Shown piece by piece: positions 51,486-64,000 of a DNA stretch of 64,000 bases. Source of the DNA: Lama glama (taxonomy: Eukaryota); the NCBI GenBank assembly GCA_028534125.1, contig CM052816.1, forward strand, positions 51,586,001-51,650,000, in the 5' to 3' direction. A program made the position numbers and the translations under genes. Positions within the stretch are counted from its first letter, which is position 1. Each line of letters opens with the position of its first letter. The notes beneath the pieces were generated by a model that was not told the origin of the DNA, did no database searches, and saw only the letters and a list, made by a program, of their open reading frames with translations.

Positions 51486-52224
51486 GTTTTTAATAAGATC
51501 AACTAGGCTTATATTTAAACATTCCCTTTAAGAACTATTTAAGGCAAAATGAAGGTAAGGGAATTTCATTTATCCAACAAAAATGGAGCGGACATTAAAT
51601 TCCAGGAGCATGGATTCATGACAAAGAAATTAACATACACTCTCTGCCTTCTTACAAGTCAGTTTTCTCTTACTGCTACTTCTGCAACAGCTTTTGTAGT
51701 GTCAGAATTAAACATTTTCATCAACACTGTCTCCCCTCCTAATCTGGTGTATATTGCTTTTTGCATTTATACAAGGGTTATTTCAACTTTTGTATAAGCT
51801 ATCCTGCTGTGTCCCTGAAAGCGCAAAATGTGTCTTACTCATTGTTATAGATCCAAGAGAACATCACAACTGATATGTGCTGAACAAGTATCATAAGTGA
51901 ATTCCCTGAGTCTCAGTTATTTCTTATACTGTTCCTGAGAGTTAGAGGTACTTGGTTCTTTATCAGCTTACCCATAGTAAATGATGTGGTGATACTTTCA
52001 GACTTCATTCACAAACCTAATTCTTTCTATGATTATTACTAGTATTATTACTAGTAATTATTTCTATTACTATTCCTTAAAATATTTTTATGTTTTTTAC
52101 ATTAGTCAAAGTAGGCAGGTAGTTATAAAAGAATTGTAAATATCAGTGCCTTAATGCAATAAAAGTTTCTTGCTTAGGGTGGTCTAATGTAGGTAGGATT
52201 GTCAGATAAAATATAGGATGCCCT

Positions 52225-55200
52225 GGGGGAATGACATTGGCATTAAAGGTAGCATAAGACAACCTTCATTTTTGTCCCTCAACTTCAACAACAAAAATTT
52301 GGCATCTGGCCATTAACAGAAATACCTCTGTGGGAGTCGTGGGGTCTAGCAGCCTTGCCATCCAGTGCATGGGGTACCAGACTTAGGTACCAGCTGTGGA
52401 ACCTACAGGACACTGTGAACCAAATCTGGAACCTCTTGGCTGCAGTCTGGGAACACCTACAGAATAGAGAAGAGAACCTTTGTGGCAGTCCAGGTATCCA
52501 AAGACATTCTAATACTCTATTGAAGAAAAAAAATATATTGGCTGTGTTGAAGTGGGTAAGAGAACGACTTGTTTTGGCTAGCATCATCCCTTGCCCAAGG
52601 TGGCACAATTTAGGAGTAAGCTAGACAGCTGGTGATGTCTTCTGGTGGTGGAGGGAGGGAGAGTGGGGAGAGTCAGTGAGTGAATTTCTCTCTTCCCCAG
52701 CTGTGTGGGACACTACCAAGAAGACTCAGTACTCTCTCACAACATCTAGAGGATTAAAGAGGGAGCTTCATGATTAGGGGGAGGAAACAGATTGGGAGAG
52801 CAGCAAATCAGTTTCCTAAAGGGCATTAAAAGGATAAGATTCCTGCTTATTGTGTTCTGTATTCCATTTGGAAGCCCACCCCCCAGCCAAGAGGAAAACT
52901 TCACCCAGGGATCCCCCCAGTGTACACAAGCCAAACCCACACCTCCCCACACTCTGTAGCTGGTTCCCTGGGTTGCTCCCAGGGCTGCAGTGAGAGCAAG
53001 CTCTGGTAGGCAAGGAGCTTGCTCAGAAATCAGGCTAGGGTCTATGGGCAAGGGAGAAACCACAAACTTGAGCTGTAGTGCCACCTTCAGGAAAACTAAA
53101 GACAGGCTATCATCAGCTGGTCTGGTACATTGTAGGATCAAGAGAAGACAGATAAGCTTAAGAATTCTGCCACAAGAGGGAGCAGGAAGCCTAGAGCAGT
53201 GGTCTCCATACAAGATCAAAGAACATCTCAGAATCTGTATCAGGATTGACAATAAGGTATTTTTACCCAAAAGAGTTAATAAAAATTGATGGAGGTGACT
53301 GTTACTTTAAATGAGAAAACAATGCAAAACTTCAAGGAATGTGAAAAATCAAGGAAACAAGACATCACCCAAAGATCACAGTAACCTTGAAGTAATCATA
53401 TCCAAAGACATGGAGATCTGCAATTTACCTGGTAAAGAATTCAGAGTAGCTGCCTTTGTGGAAACTGAGTGAGCTATAAGAAAACACAGACAATTCAACA
53501 AAATCAAGGAAACAACATGAGATCAAAATGAGTAATTTAACAGAGACAGAAATCATAAAAAAAAAACAAATAGAAATTCTGGAACTGAAGAATTCAGTAA
53601 GTGAAATGAAAAATGCAATATAGAGCATCAAAATAGACCAAATAGAAGAAAGAATTAGTGAGAAAGAGGATAAGAACTTTGAAATAACCCAATCTGAGGA
53701 GAAAAAAAGAATGAAAAAGAGTGAAGAAAGCCTACATAATCTATGGGACATCATCAAAAACACTAATGTCCAAATTATTGGAGTTCCAGAAGGAAAAGAG
53801 AGGAAAAGGGGGCAGATAGCTTATTTAAAGAAATAATGGCTGAGAATTTTCCAAACCTGGGGGAAGTTTTAGACATCCAAATTCATGGAGCCTAAATATT
53901 TTACCCTATTATTTCAGTCCAAAACAGTGTTCTTCAAGACATAACAAAACTGTCTAAAATCAGAGATGAAAAAAATATTAAAGGCAGCAAGAGAGAAGAT
54001 TATTATGACCTACAAAAGTACCCCCATTAGGGTATCAGCAGATGTCTCAGCAGAAACTCTACAGGCCAAGAGAGAGTGGAATGATACATTTAAAGTGCTG
54101 AAAGAAAAAAATGACAACCAAGAATACTCTATTCAGCAAAGTTATTTCTAAGAGACATGAAAGAAAAATAAAGACTTTCCCAGATAAATAAAAGCTGGGG
54201 GAATTCACTACCACTAGACCTGTCTTATTCCTTTTCAGCTGACAGGAGTTTTTCCAATCTGAAATGAAAGGATGCTTTCATTTGAAAATATGTAACATGA
54301 AATAATATGAAAGCAGAATACACTGATAAAGGCATATAGATAAATACAGAGACAAATTCAGAAGATTCTCGTACTGTAAATGATGTTAGCCATTTGACTC
54401 TGGTATAAAGGTTAAAGAGTATAAAAATAATTATAGCTACTATAATTAATGAATACATAATATAAAAGAGGCAAGTTGTGACATTAAAAATATAAAAGAT
54501 AGGATAGAAGGGTAGAGGTTTTGTATGCGATCAGCATAAATAGATTAAGATGTTTTATATTAAATCCGTTAGTAACCACAAAGCAAAAAACTAGATAGTA
54601 GACTCAGAAAAAAAAGACAAGGGAATCAGAGCATACCACCCTGGAAATTCACCAATTCATGAAGGAACACAGCAAGAGAGTCAAAAACGGACAAGAGAAC
54701 TACGAAATAGCCAGAAAATAATTAAGATGGCAATAGTAAGTTATTATATATCAATAATTACCTTAAATGTATATGAATGAATTCTCTAATCAAAAGTCAG
54801 AGTGACTGGATGGATTAAAAAAAAAAGATCAACTGTATGCTGACTACAAGACACTCACTTCAGCTTTAAGAACACACACAGGCTCAAAGTGAAGAGATGG
54901 GAAAAGATACTCCATGTAAGTGGAAATCTAAAGAGAACAGGGGTAGCTCTACCTAAATCAGACAAAATAGACTTTAAGCCAAAAATGTAACAAGAGACAA
55001 AGAAGGTCATTATATAATCACAAAGGGCTCAATTCACCAAGAAGACATAACAGTCATAAATATATACACACCCAAGATCAGAGCACCTAAATATATCAAG
55101 CAAATACTAGTAGAGCTAAAGAAAGAAATAGACAATAATACAATAATAGTAGAGTAATTTCAATACTCCACTTCCAGCAACTGGTCATGCACACAGAAAA

Positions 55201-55355
55201 TAAAGAAATGTTGGGCTTGAACCGTACTTTAGGCCAAATGGACCTAAAAGGCATATATATGGGACATGTGATCCAACAAAAGCAAAAAATACATTCTTCC
55301 CAAGCACACATAAAACATTCTCAAGGTTAGACCATATGATAGGTCACAAAATAAA
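52225..55355 (+). mobile_element. L1 5' half: 5' UTR, ORF1, inter-ORF region and start of ORF2 (endonuclease); 3' part missing
   Basis: ORF1 fragment KILKAAREK...TYKSTPIRVSADVSAETLQAKREWNDTFKVLKEK; endonuclease motif tatgctgactacaagacactcactt; ends abruptly after ttagaccatatgataggtcacaaa. Confidence 0.92.
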
Positions 55356-56049
55356 CTCATTTGTTCCTTCATCCACTGAATAGATATTAAATGCCTAGTA
55401 TTTGTAGAATAGAGCATGTATAATTGAAGCTATATATAAGTATCCATAATCACTTAGAAAGAACTCACATATATAATCCTTGACATTGAAAGGACTCATA
55501 CTCTATGTCATGCTTTTTGGGTCATATAAATAGTGATGATGGTTTTGTTTTAATTCTTAAATAGGCTCCCTCCTGATTCTCATGGTGGTCACTGACATTT
55601 CAAAACATCTGCCTAGAGTTAATGATGTCATTTACGGCCTAGTTGCTGAATAGTTTTACGAGGCTTGGCTCTTAGATCTCATCATCGTCTTCTATCCAAC
55701 CTTCTATGAAAAGATAAATACATTGAAAATTAAGAATATTTTTAACTAAATTAACTTGTAGGTGTTGATCTTAGAAATTCCATAATACAACTTTTGTTTG
55801 TTTATTAAATAATAAAGTCAAAAAAGTGAAATGAGATTGGAACACATTAAGGATATCAACTATAATCATTTCTTTAGAGAAAGCTGACAATTGAAATTTT
55901 TTTAATATTTTATATTTTCTTTCAGAAAATGAATCTAATCTTTTCTAGAATAGATATCAAGTGCTACAATAATACAATTTTTGAAAATAAGATAGTTTTT
56001 CCTGTCATGTGGTAGAATTAAGCACATAGGTGAAGTTTTAAAAATTATG

Positions 56050-56500
56050 ACAATTTTGTATTCAGTCATAAAACAGAATGCATTTCTGCAATTTGTAGCA
56101 GCATGGATGGACCTAGAGAATATTATGCTTAGTGAAATAAGTCAGACAGAGAAAGACAAGTATGATATCACTTATATGTGGAATCTAAAAAATAATACAA
56201 ATGAACGTATATGCAGAATAGAAACAGACATACAGATAAAGAAAACAAACTTGTGGTTATCCAAGAGGAGAGGGAAGGGAGAAGGGACAAATTGAGAGAA
56301 TGGGATTAACAGATACAAACTACTATGTATAAAATAGATAAGCAACAAGGATATATCGTATAGCACAGGAAATTATAGCCATTATCTTGTAGTAATTTAT
56401 AATGTAGTGTAATTTGCAAAATACTGAATCACTATGCTGTACACCTAAAAATAATATAATATTGTAAATCAAGTATATTTGAATAAAAAATAACAGTGGC
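56050..56500 (+). mobile_element. 5'-truncated L1 3' end
   Basis: ORF FVAAWMDLENIMLSEISQTEKDKY; 3' UTR ends aatattgtaaatcaagtatatttgaataaaaaa. Confidence 0.9.
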
Positions 56501-56669
56501 AAAAAAACAGCAACAAACAAAAACAAAAAAGATAATTTTCTTAATGTTACAAGGGAACAAAACATCATGTTTGCCTTAATTTTTATTTCATGAGATAGTG
56601 TCATCTTAGAATCATTTTTCTTGGTAATTTCTATAGTTTTCCTACTTTTCACTTAAAGGCATAAACTTA

Positions 56670-56815
56670 CTGAATAGCTGAGGATTTAATATGTGCTAGG
56701 CCAAATATTCCAAGCACTTTTCATGTATTAAATAATTTAATTTTCATTGCAGTTACCATAACCATGGTTATTCCCCCTTTTCAAATGAAGAAACTGAGGC
56801 AAAGAGAGTTTAAGA
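56670..56815 (-). mobile_element. MIR fragment
   Basis: ttcccccttttcaaatgaagaaactgaggcaaagagagtttaag. Confidence 0.7.
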
Positions 56816-56819
56816 TTAA

Positions 56820-59500
56820 TTACTCAAAATTTGTTGAAGACTGTCTGTCCCCTATTGAGTTACTTTGGCATCTTTGTCAAAAATCAAATGACCATTCAGC
56901 CACGAAGCTATTTCTGGACTTTGTTTTTTTCTATTGATCTAAATATCTGTTCTTAAGCCAATGCCACACCATCTTGATTACTGTAGCTATACAAAAAGTC
57001 TTGAAATCCCTTACTGTGAGTCTTCCAATGTTGTTGCCTTTTTTTTTTTTCCTGATATTGCTTTGGCTATTCCATTTTTTTTTCTCATTTCCATATGAAT
57101 TTTAGAATTAGCCCATCAGTTTTAAATTAAAAACCTGCTGTGGATATTATTTAGGTTATGTGTTGCATCTGTAGCTCAATTTAGGGTAAACGGATATCTT
57201 GAAAATATAGTCTTCTATTCCATGAACATGTTATATCTCTTTAAATTTAAATCTTCAGTTTTTCTGAGCAATATTTTGTAGTTTTCACTGTACAGGTCTT
57301 AAATATATTTTGTTAAGTTTATCTTAAGTACTTATTTTTTGATGTGATTGTTGATGGAATTTTTTAAAATTTTATTTGGCAGTTCTCTGTACATAGCATA
57401 TTGAAATTTAATCAATTTTGCATATTGACCTTGTATCCTTTGATCATTCTAAACTTAACTTATTATTTCTAGGCACTTTTGGAAGCCTCCTATGTACTTC
57501 ATCATTTTGTTTGTGAATAAAGACAGTGTTAATTCTTTCTTTCCAATCTTTGTCTTTTATTTCTTTATCTTATTGCTCTCCAATAAGATGTCAAATAAGA
57601 ATGGTGATAATGGGCATCTTTGCTTTGTTCCTCATGTTAAAGGGAAAGCATTCAGTCTTTTATCATTAAATATGACTCTAGCTGTGGGTTTTTCATAGAA
57701 CTGATAGATCAGATTTAGGAAGTTTCTGTTTTTATTTTGCTGCAGTTTTTTAAAAAGAATTATGGATATGTCTTAAATTTTATCAAATGCAAATACTTGT
57801 TTCATACATTTGGATTGATCATGTGGTTTTGCACCTTTATTCTGTTAATACTAATTTTTAAACATTAAACCAACTTTGCATTTCTGGGGAATAACAATCT
57901 CACTTAGTGATGATGTACAATCCTTTTATATGTAGTTGTGTCCAATTTTCCTGACATTTTGTTAGAGATATTCATGTGTACATTTATGAGTGATATTGGT
58001 CTTTGTTTTACTTTACAGTATCTTCTTTGTCTGGTTTTAGGGTCAGAATATTCTGGCCTCATGAAATGACCTGAAAAATTTTATTCAGGCCTGGAATTTT
58101 GTTGGTGGGAAAGTTTACTAAGAATTCAATTTGTGTATTAAATGTAGAGATGTTTAGATTTTTTATTTCTTTTTAGGTTAGTTGTGGTTATTTTTTTCTC
58201 TCAAGGTATTTGTTCATTTCTTTCATGTTACCAAATTTATTGGCATACAGTTATTCATAATATTCCCTTTTCATATGAGTAGGATAATTATTTTCATCCT
58301 CTGATAAAGGTGACTTAATGTCTTCTCTCTTTTCTTGAGTCTGGTTTATCAATTTTATTGAATTTTCAAAGACCCTGCTTTTTGGCTATATTAATTTTTC
58401 CTTTTTCTTAAAATTTTCTACTTTATTGATTTCAGCTTTTATATTTACTGTTTCCTTTCTGCATACTTTGGCCTTAGTTCGCTCTTATTTTTCTAGATTT
58501 TTAGGATGGAAATTTTGGTCATTGATTTAAACCTTCTTTTCCTATGTAAGACTTAGTTCTATACTTTTTCTCTGTAGTTCTGCTCTAACTACATCCACAA
58601 ATTTTGATATATTGTATTTTCATTATCAATCAGTATAAGATATTTTCTAATTTCTCAAATAATTTCTTCTTTTATCCTTACATTATTTAGAAGAATATTA
58701 ATTTCCAAATGTATGGGGATTTTAAAAGTATCTTTGTTTTTATTTAGTAATCTAATTTCAGTGTTGTCAGATAACATATGGTGTATTTTATCTTTTTTAA
58801 TTTATTGAGACTTGTTTTATGGCCCAGCATATGGTCTATGTGGTGAGTGCTTCAAGAGTACACATTGAAAAGAATGTGTATTCTGCTGTTGTTGAGTGTA
58901 ACATTTTATATTCAATTAGCTCTAGTAGACTTGTAGATTTATTCTAGTCCTGTATATCCCTATTGATTTTCTGTGTACTCATTCTGTCAGTTATGAAAGA
59001 AGTATTAAAATCTCTACCTATAATTGTGAACTTGTCTGTTTTTTCCTGTCAATTCTAACAATCTTCGTTTCATGCATTTTGAAGCTCATTAATTAGGTGC
59101 GTATACATTGAGGATTATTTTGTCTCTTTGATCCATTGACCCTTTTGTTATAAAATTGTCCCTCTTTGCCTCTGATATTCCTTGTCCTGAAGTCTAATTT
59201 ATCTGATATTTATAGAGGTACTCTAGCTTTCTTGTGATAAATATTGAAGGTATATCTATCCTTTTCTGTGCCTTTTTATTGCACTGTTTAGATCCCCTTA
59301 TATTTAGTTTAATGCTCAGCATTTTGAGGTTGTCTACTGTCTTGTTTTCTATTTCTCCCATCTAATCTTTGTCCCTCATTTCCTTTATATTTGACTTTTT
59401 TTTGTGACTTTTTAGTATTTAATTTTTGATATTCCATTTTGTCTCTACTATTACATATACTTCTTTTATTGTATTTTTTGGGGATGCCCTAGAGGCTGCA
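56820..59500 (-). mobile_element. Ancient L1 (L1MC/ME-like) ORF2 region
   Basis: ctttgtcaaaaatcaaatgacc, gggaaagcattcagtctttta and ttgaaaagaatgtgtattctgctgttgttg motifs; heavily diverged. Confidence 0.85.
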
Positions 59501-59799
59501 GTAGCTGACATACACTTTTCGTTAGGGGAAAAAAAAACTCAAAGTTAGAAAATTATTGCAATATTGACTGTGTATATCATTGACTAATCAGTTACCAGTG
59601 TTTTAAACTAAAGAGGTTGTAGTTTGAAGGTGGTCATTTTAAAGCAAAAATTAATGAGTTCTACCTTACAGCGTTCCCTATTAATCTTTCATATTTGACT
59701 TCAATTGTATTATCACTTCTTCCCTTGTATTAAGGAACTTTTTTTTTTTTTTTACCAGACTTTGTCCTTTCAGGTGTATGTTCCCAACATAAACTTGGC

Positions 59800-60800
59800 C
59801 CTGTTATACTCCTGGCAGTACTACTCTTCATTCAGTTTTTGACAGCTTACTTTTCATAGCAACTGTTTCAAATATCTCCTTTCCAAATGCTCTCAAACTC
59901 AGCTTCTCTCAGTAACAGCTGATAACTTCATATCCTTTTTGACAGAGAAACCAAGACCATCTCGAATGATCTTCATGATGAATGAGCTTTCACCTCAGCT
60001 AATTCTTACTTCCTTACCAGTAGATGTTGTTAATCACATCCTTCCTTGCTGTCTCAGAAGAGAGACCCTTCTTCCCTTTCTAAACTGTGCTCTGAATTTC
60101 ATGTCTTTTGTCTGTTAGAGGCCCTACTCTCCTGATTTATCATTTTCTTGTACTCTTTCCCCATCTAAATAAAACCTCCACTTGACTATCTTACTCCTTT
60201 TAACTACCTTATGATTCCTGTCCTATGTTTCTAAGAGAGGATTTTTAAATAAGTGGTCTGTAGCTACTACCTGTAGTTTCTAGCAGCTTCCTTCTTTACA
60301 CCCTGTAATCTAGCTTTCACACTACAACCTCACTGTAATTATATTTCTTTGCCTGGTTAATTCTTACTTACTTCAACACTAAACTCGAGAATAATAATTT
60401 CCAAGAAGCCTTCTCTAAATTCCCTAGATGGACTCTTCATGAATATCTCTTTCTTATTAGTTTGTGTATCTAGTTTCCACTTTACACTATATTTATTCCT
60501 TTAGACCTGTAATCATGTCTTATTTATATTTACAGTGCTTGATATAGATCATGATTAATCTTTTTAATTGAACTGGAAATCAGTATCTTTTCTTTTCCTA
60601 AAACTTTTGATCAGTGTGCCATTCAACATTTTTAATACTTCACTTGAAATTGTCTCCTCTCTTGCCTTCTTTATCTTCCTGGTTTATTACCTCAGAATTC
60701 TTCCTTGAGAGCCTATTATTTGCAAATGTTTGCTTGGCACCATCAAATTACCATTAGGTATATTTATGTAGCTTTCAGTGAATATATATCTTTTAACAGT
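59800..60800. mobile_element. L2-like remnants
   Basis: Pyrimidine-rich degraded sequence resembling L2; by eye. Confidence 0.4.
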
Positions 60801-60895
60801 TTCTGTGCACCTAGGCATGGGAGATTCAGTGATTAATAAGGCAAAGTTTCTTTAGCTGAGAACTTCATTGACTTGAATGAAGTTACACTATGCCA

Positions 60896-60954
60896 AGTAA
60901 TCTAGGCCTTGTCCAATAGGACATGAGTAATCTAGGCCTTGTCCTATAGGGCAT
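60896..60954. repeat. Tandem duplication, 30-bp unit, 2 copies
   Basis: agtaatctaggccttgtccaataggacatg / agtaatctaggccttgtcctatagggcat (2 mismatches). Confidence 0.92.
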
Positions 60955-61274
60955 TTGTTTTAAAGTTTTCATGTGAAGAAGTGATATGAACACATCTGTA
61001 CTTGTTAAAAGGTAATTATTTGGCAGCCTTAAATGTAGACCTGAAGGGAAGGAAACAGGAGAGATACAGGGGACAGTTGTAACAGTCTTTTATAAAAGAT
61101 GAGGAAAGACTTGATTACAACAATGGCAGTGGGAGGAGGGTGGGAAAAATACCAAAGATATTTATCCAACCTTGTCCTTTCATCCATGTTTCAGTTGTGT
61201 GTTTTACCACTGGACTCTCAAACACCTCTACTTATATATCAACTCAAACTAGAAATAATCCTAGAAACAAAACC

Positions 61275-61445
61275 GAATATTTATTGACCCCTTCGTTTGT
61301 GCCAGATACCATTCTAATTGCTTTTTATTAATTAACTCATTATTCCTCTGACATCTCTATAAGATAGGTACTATTATTATCCATATTTTCTGAAGAAGGA
61401 ACCATTGCATTAAGTTTCAGTAACTGAGCAATTTCACACAGGAGC
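61275..61445 (-). mobile_element. MIR
   Basis: atttattgacccc...gtgccagatacc...ataggtactattattatccatattttctgaagaaggaac. Confidence 0.65.
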
Positions 61446-61734
61446 CATAGTTTTGTTTTTTTGTTTTTTTTAAACCATAGTGCTATATTATCTGAAACCT
61501 GAATTGATTGTTTTTCTCCTGCCTTTCCTTCTAATTGCACTCATTTCTCTGCATCACCATTTCTGCCATCCTGTTTTCCAACCTGAAAATCTGGATTATT
61601 TTAAATGCTGGTGTCTCTACTTTCACTTTTTCCTTATTTTTCTTTCCTCTCTTTACTTCCATAGAAATGTCACTGTCATCATTTTACTGAGTTGCTTCAT
61701 ATCTTTAAGGCATAGACTATCATGCATTGAATCA

Positions 61735-62685
61735 AAACAAACAAACTAATCCAAAAATGGGAAGAAGATCTAAACAAGCATCGCTCCAGGGAAGGCATAC
61801 AAATGGCCAATCGGCACATGAAAAGATGCTCAATATCTCTAATTATTAGAGAAATGCAAATCAAAACAACAATGAGGTATCACCTCACACCAGTTGGAAT
61901 GGCCATCATTCAAAAGTACACAAACAGTAAGTGATGGGGAGGCTATGGAGAAGAGGGAACCCTCCTATACTGTTGGTAGGAATGTAGTTTGGTGCAGCCA
62001 TTATGGAAGACGGTATGGAGATTCCTCAAAAGACTGAAAATAGACTTACCATATATGATCCAGCAATCCCACTCCTGGGCATATATACAGAGGGAACCTT
62101 AATTCAAAAAGATACATGCACCTTAATGTTCATAGCAGCACTATTTACAATAGCCAAGACATGGAAACAATTTATATGTTCATCAACAGATAACTGGATA
62201 AAGAAGCTGTGGCTGTGGTATATTTATACAGTGGAATACTACTCAGCCATAACAAAGAATAAAATAATGCCATTTGCAGCAACATGGATGTACCTAGAGA
62301 TCGTCATTCTAAGTGAAATAAACCAGAAAGATAAAAATACCACATCACTTATATGTGGAATCTAAAAAAAAAAAAAAGACAACAAGCTTATTTACAAAAC
62401 AGAAACATATAGACATAGAAAACAAACTTATAGTTAGCAGGGGGGGAAGAGGTAAATTGGGAGTTCGAGATTTGCAGATACTAACTATATATAAAAGAAA
62501 CAAGTTTATACTGCATAGCACAGGGAACTATATTCAATATCTTGTAGTAACTTATGGTTAAAAAGAATATGAAAACAAATAGATGTATGTTCCTATATGA
62601 CTTTATTGTGCTATACACCAGAAATTGACACATTGTAAACTGACCATACTTCAGTAAAAATACATTAAAAGAAAAAGAAAAAACA
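61735..62685 (+). mobile_element. Lineage-specific 5'-truncated L1 3' end
   Basis: [14 protein letters not shown]...DTCTLMFIAALFTIAKTWKQ...IMPFAATWM; A-rich tail. Confidence 0.93.
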
Positions 62686-63489
62686 AATATCCTGATGTAT
62701 TTCCCAGCATTCTCAATATACTTCCCAGAATTCCCAGCAACGGGTCCTGTCTCATGTATACAGCTATTCCCCCTTATGACGAAGAAGGGAATAGTTTCCT
62801 ATCTTCTATAGTTCCTTTGTAGTTCGTTGCTTCCTTTGCTCATTTTTCCATGTTCTTCTTCTGGTCTGAATTTTTATTTATTATTCCTTTCTATCACATT
62901 AACTTTTCTTCAAGATTTAGCTTAATCATGGAGCTCAGAAAGGACTGAGACTTCTCTGGGGATCACCTTATCTAAGCTGCATCAGGGAGTTTGTGTGAGG
63001 GGGGATACATGGCAATGCCTTAGCTTAGGTGTGAATACTCAGGTTTCTCACAAACATACAAAGAATTTGTAATATTTTTACCAAGGCAATGAAATACACT
63101 ACAGTTTATGATAACTTCTCCCACAGCCTGTTTGGTGTTTGTTTCCTTCTGAGATACTTCTCTTTACTTTCCACTTCAGTGCACCTTCAGGGGTTTGAAT
63201 GCACACAATGTTTGGTTTTACCCCATAGCTATGTTTTTACCACTATATGTTATACTTGATTATATGCATTACCTTACACTATTAAATAACCACTTCTCTC
63301 TTTTTCTTTTCTTTTCTTTTTTTTTTAAACAACAGACTTAAGAATAGAATCTTACATTCCATTTCACTCAACTACATCTAGGAAGCACCAAGTCTAAAGA
63401 TAGAAACATAATAAATATGTGTGTAAACTTCAAATGGAGCAAAAATAAGCTCCCTATATTTATTACTGTGCAGGGATAAATCAAAAACA

Positions 63490-64000
63490 TCTGATATTTC
63501 TAGCCTTTCCTATCACCTAATATGCATATTTAAGCTGTGAACTTTCTCAAAGTCCTGCTTTAGCTTTACCTTACAAGTTTTGATATATAGGGCTTTTGTA
63601 GTTCAAATCTAAAGTTTTCCATCATTATTTTACATATTTGAAATGTGTATGTTCAGTTTCTAAAAGTATACAGTGTTGAATAATAAGTTTTTTAATTTCT
63701 AATTTTATTGCATTATGTTCAAAGAATATAATCCATATCATATATATTCTTGTCTTTTTTTTTTCTTCTTTGTGGTCTAGAGTGTGATCAGTTTTTTATG
63801 ACTATTCTAAGAGTGTTTGAAAAAATGTATATTTTCTTTCTGTGGGTCCTGGGTCTTAAAAGTGTCCATTCAGTCAAACTTGTTAATTGTGGTCAAATCT
63901 AATTTTTAGTTTGTTTAAATATATCAGTTTTTGAGAAGTCTCTTATTCTTTCCTGTGATGATGGATTTGTAATTTTGTCAGTTTTGCCATATATACTTTA
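63490..64000 (-). mobile_element. Ancient L1 ORF2 remnant running off the window end
   Basis: tttctaattttattgcattatgttcaaagaata...gtgtttgaaaaaatgtatattttct. Confidence 0.65.

Noticed and set aside
55560..55720. Minus-strand acceptor tttatcttttcatag followed by GWIEDDDEI
   Set aside because: The frame closes after about 10 codons and no convincing donor follows.

Overview
AT-rich, CpG-depleted mammalian genomic DNA with three N gaps. It is probably camelid, judging by eye from a short tRNA-derived SINE and the 3' UTR of the youngest L1 copies (no database search). Roughly half the window is interspersed repeat: L1 copies of several ages, ERV/MaLR solo LTRs, hAT DNA transposons, MIR/L2 remnants and one SINE, with several clean nested insertions. 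No intact protein-coding gene, RNA gene or CRISPR array is supported. The ORF track consists of L1 ORF1/ORF2 fragments, gap artefacts and chance ORFs. The unique DNA looks T>A and G>C skewed by eye, which would fit a large intron of a + strand gene whose exons lie outside the window. The best lead is a pair of minus-strand exon-like segments (48068-48230 and 38857-38926) with consensus splice sites. They could belong to a nested antisense transcript carrying a Kozak-context 13-codon ORF across the junction. I found no convincing evidence of a novel biological system. Repeat boundaries and subfamily names are by eye and approximate unless TSD coordinates are given.
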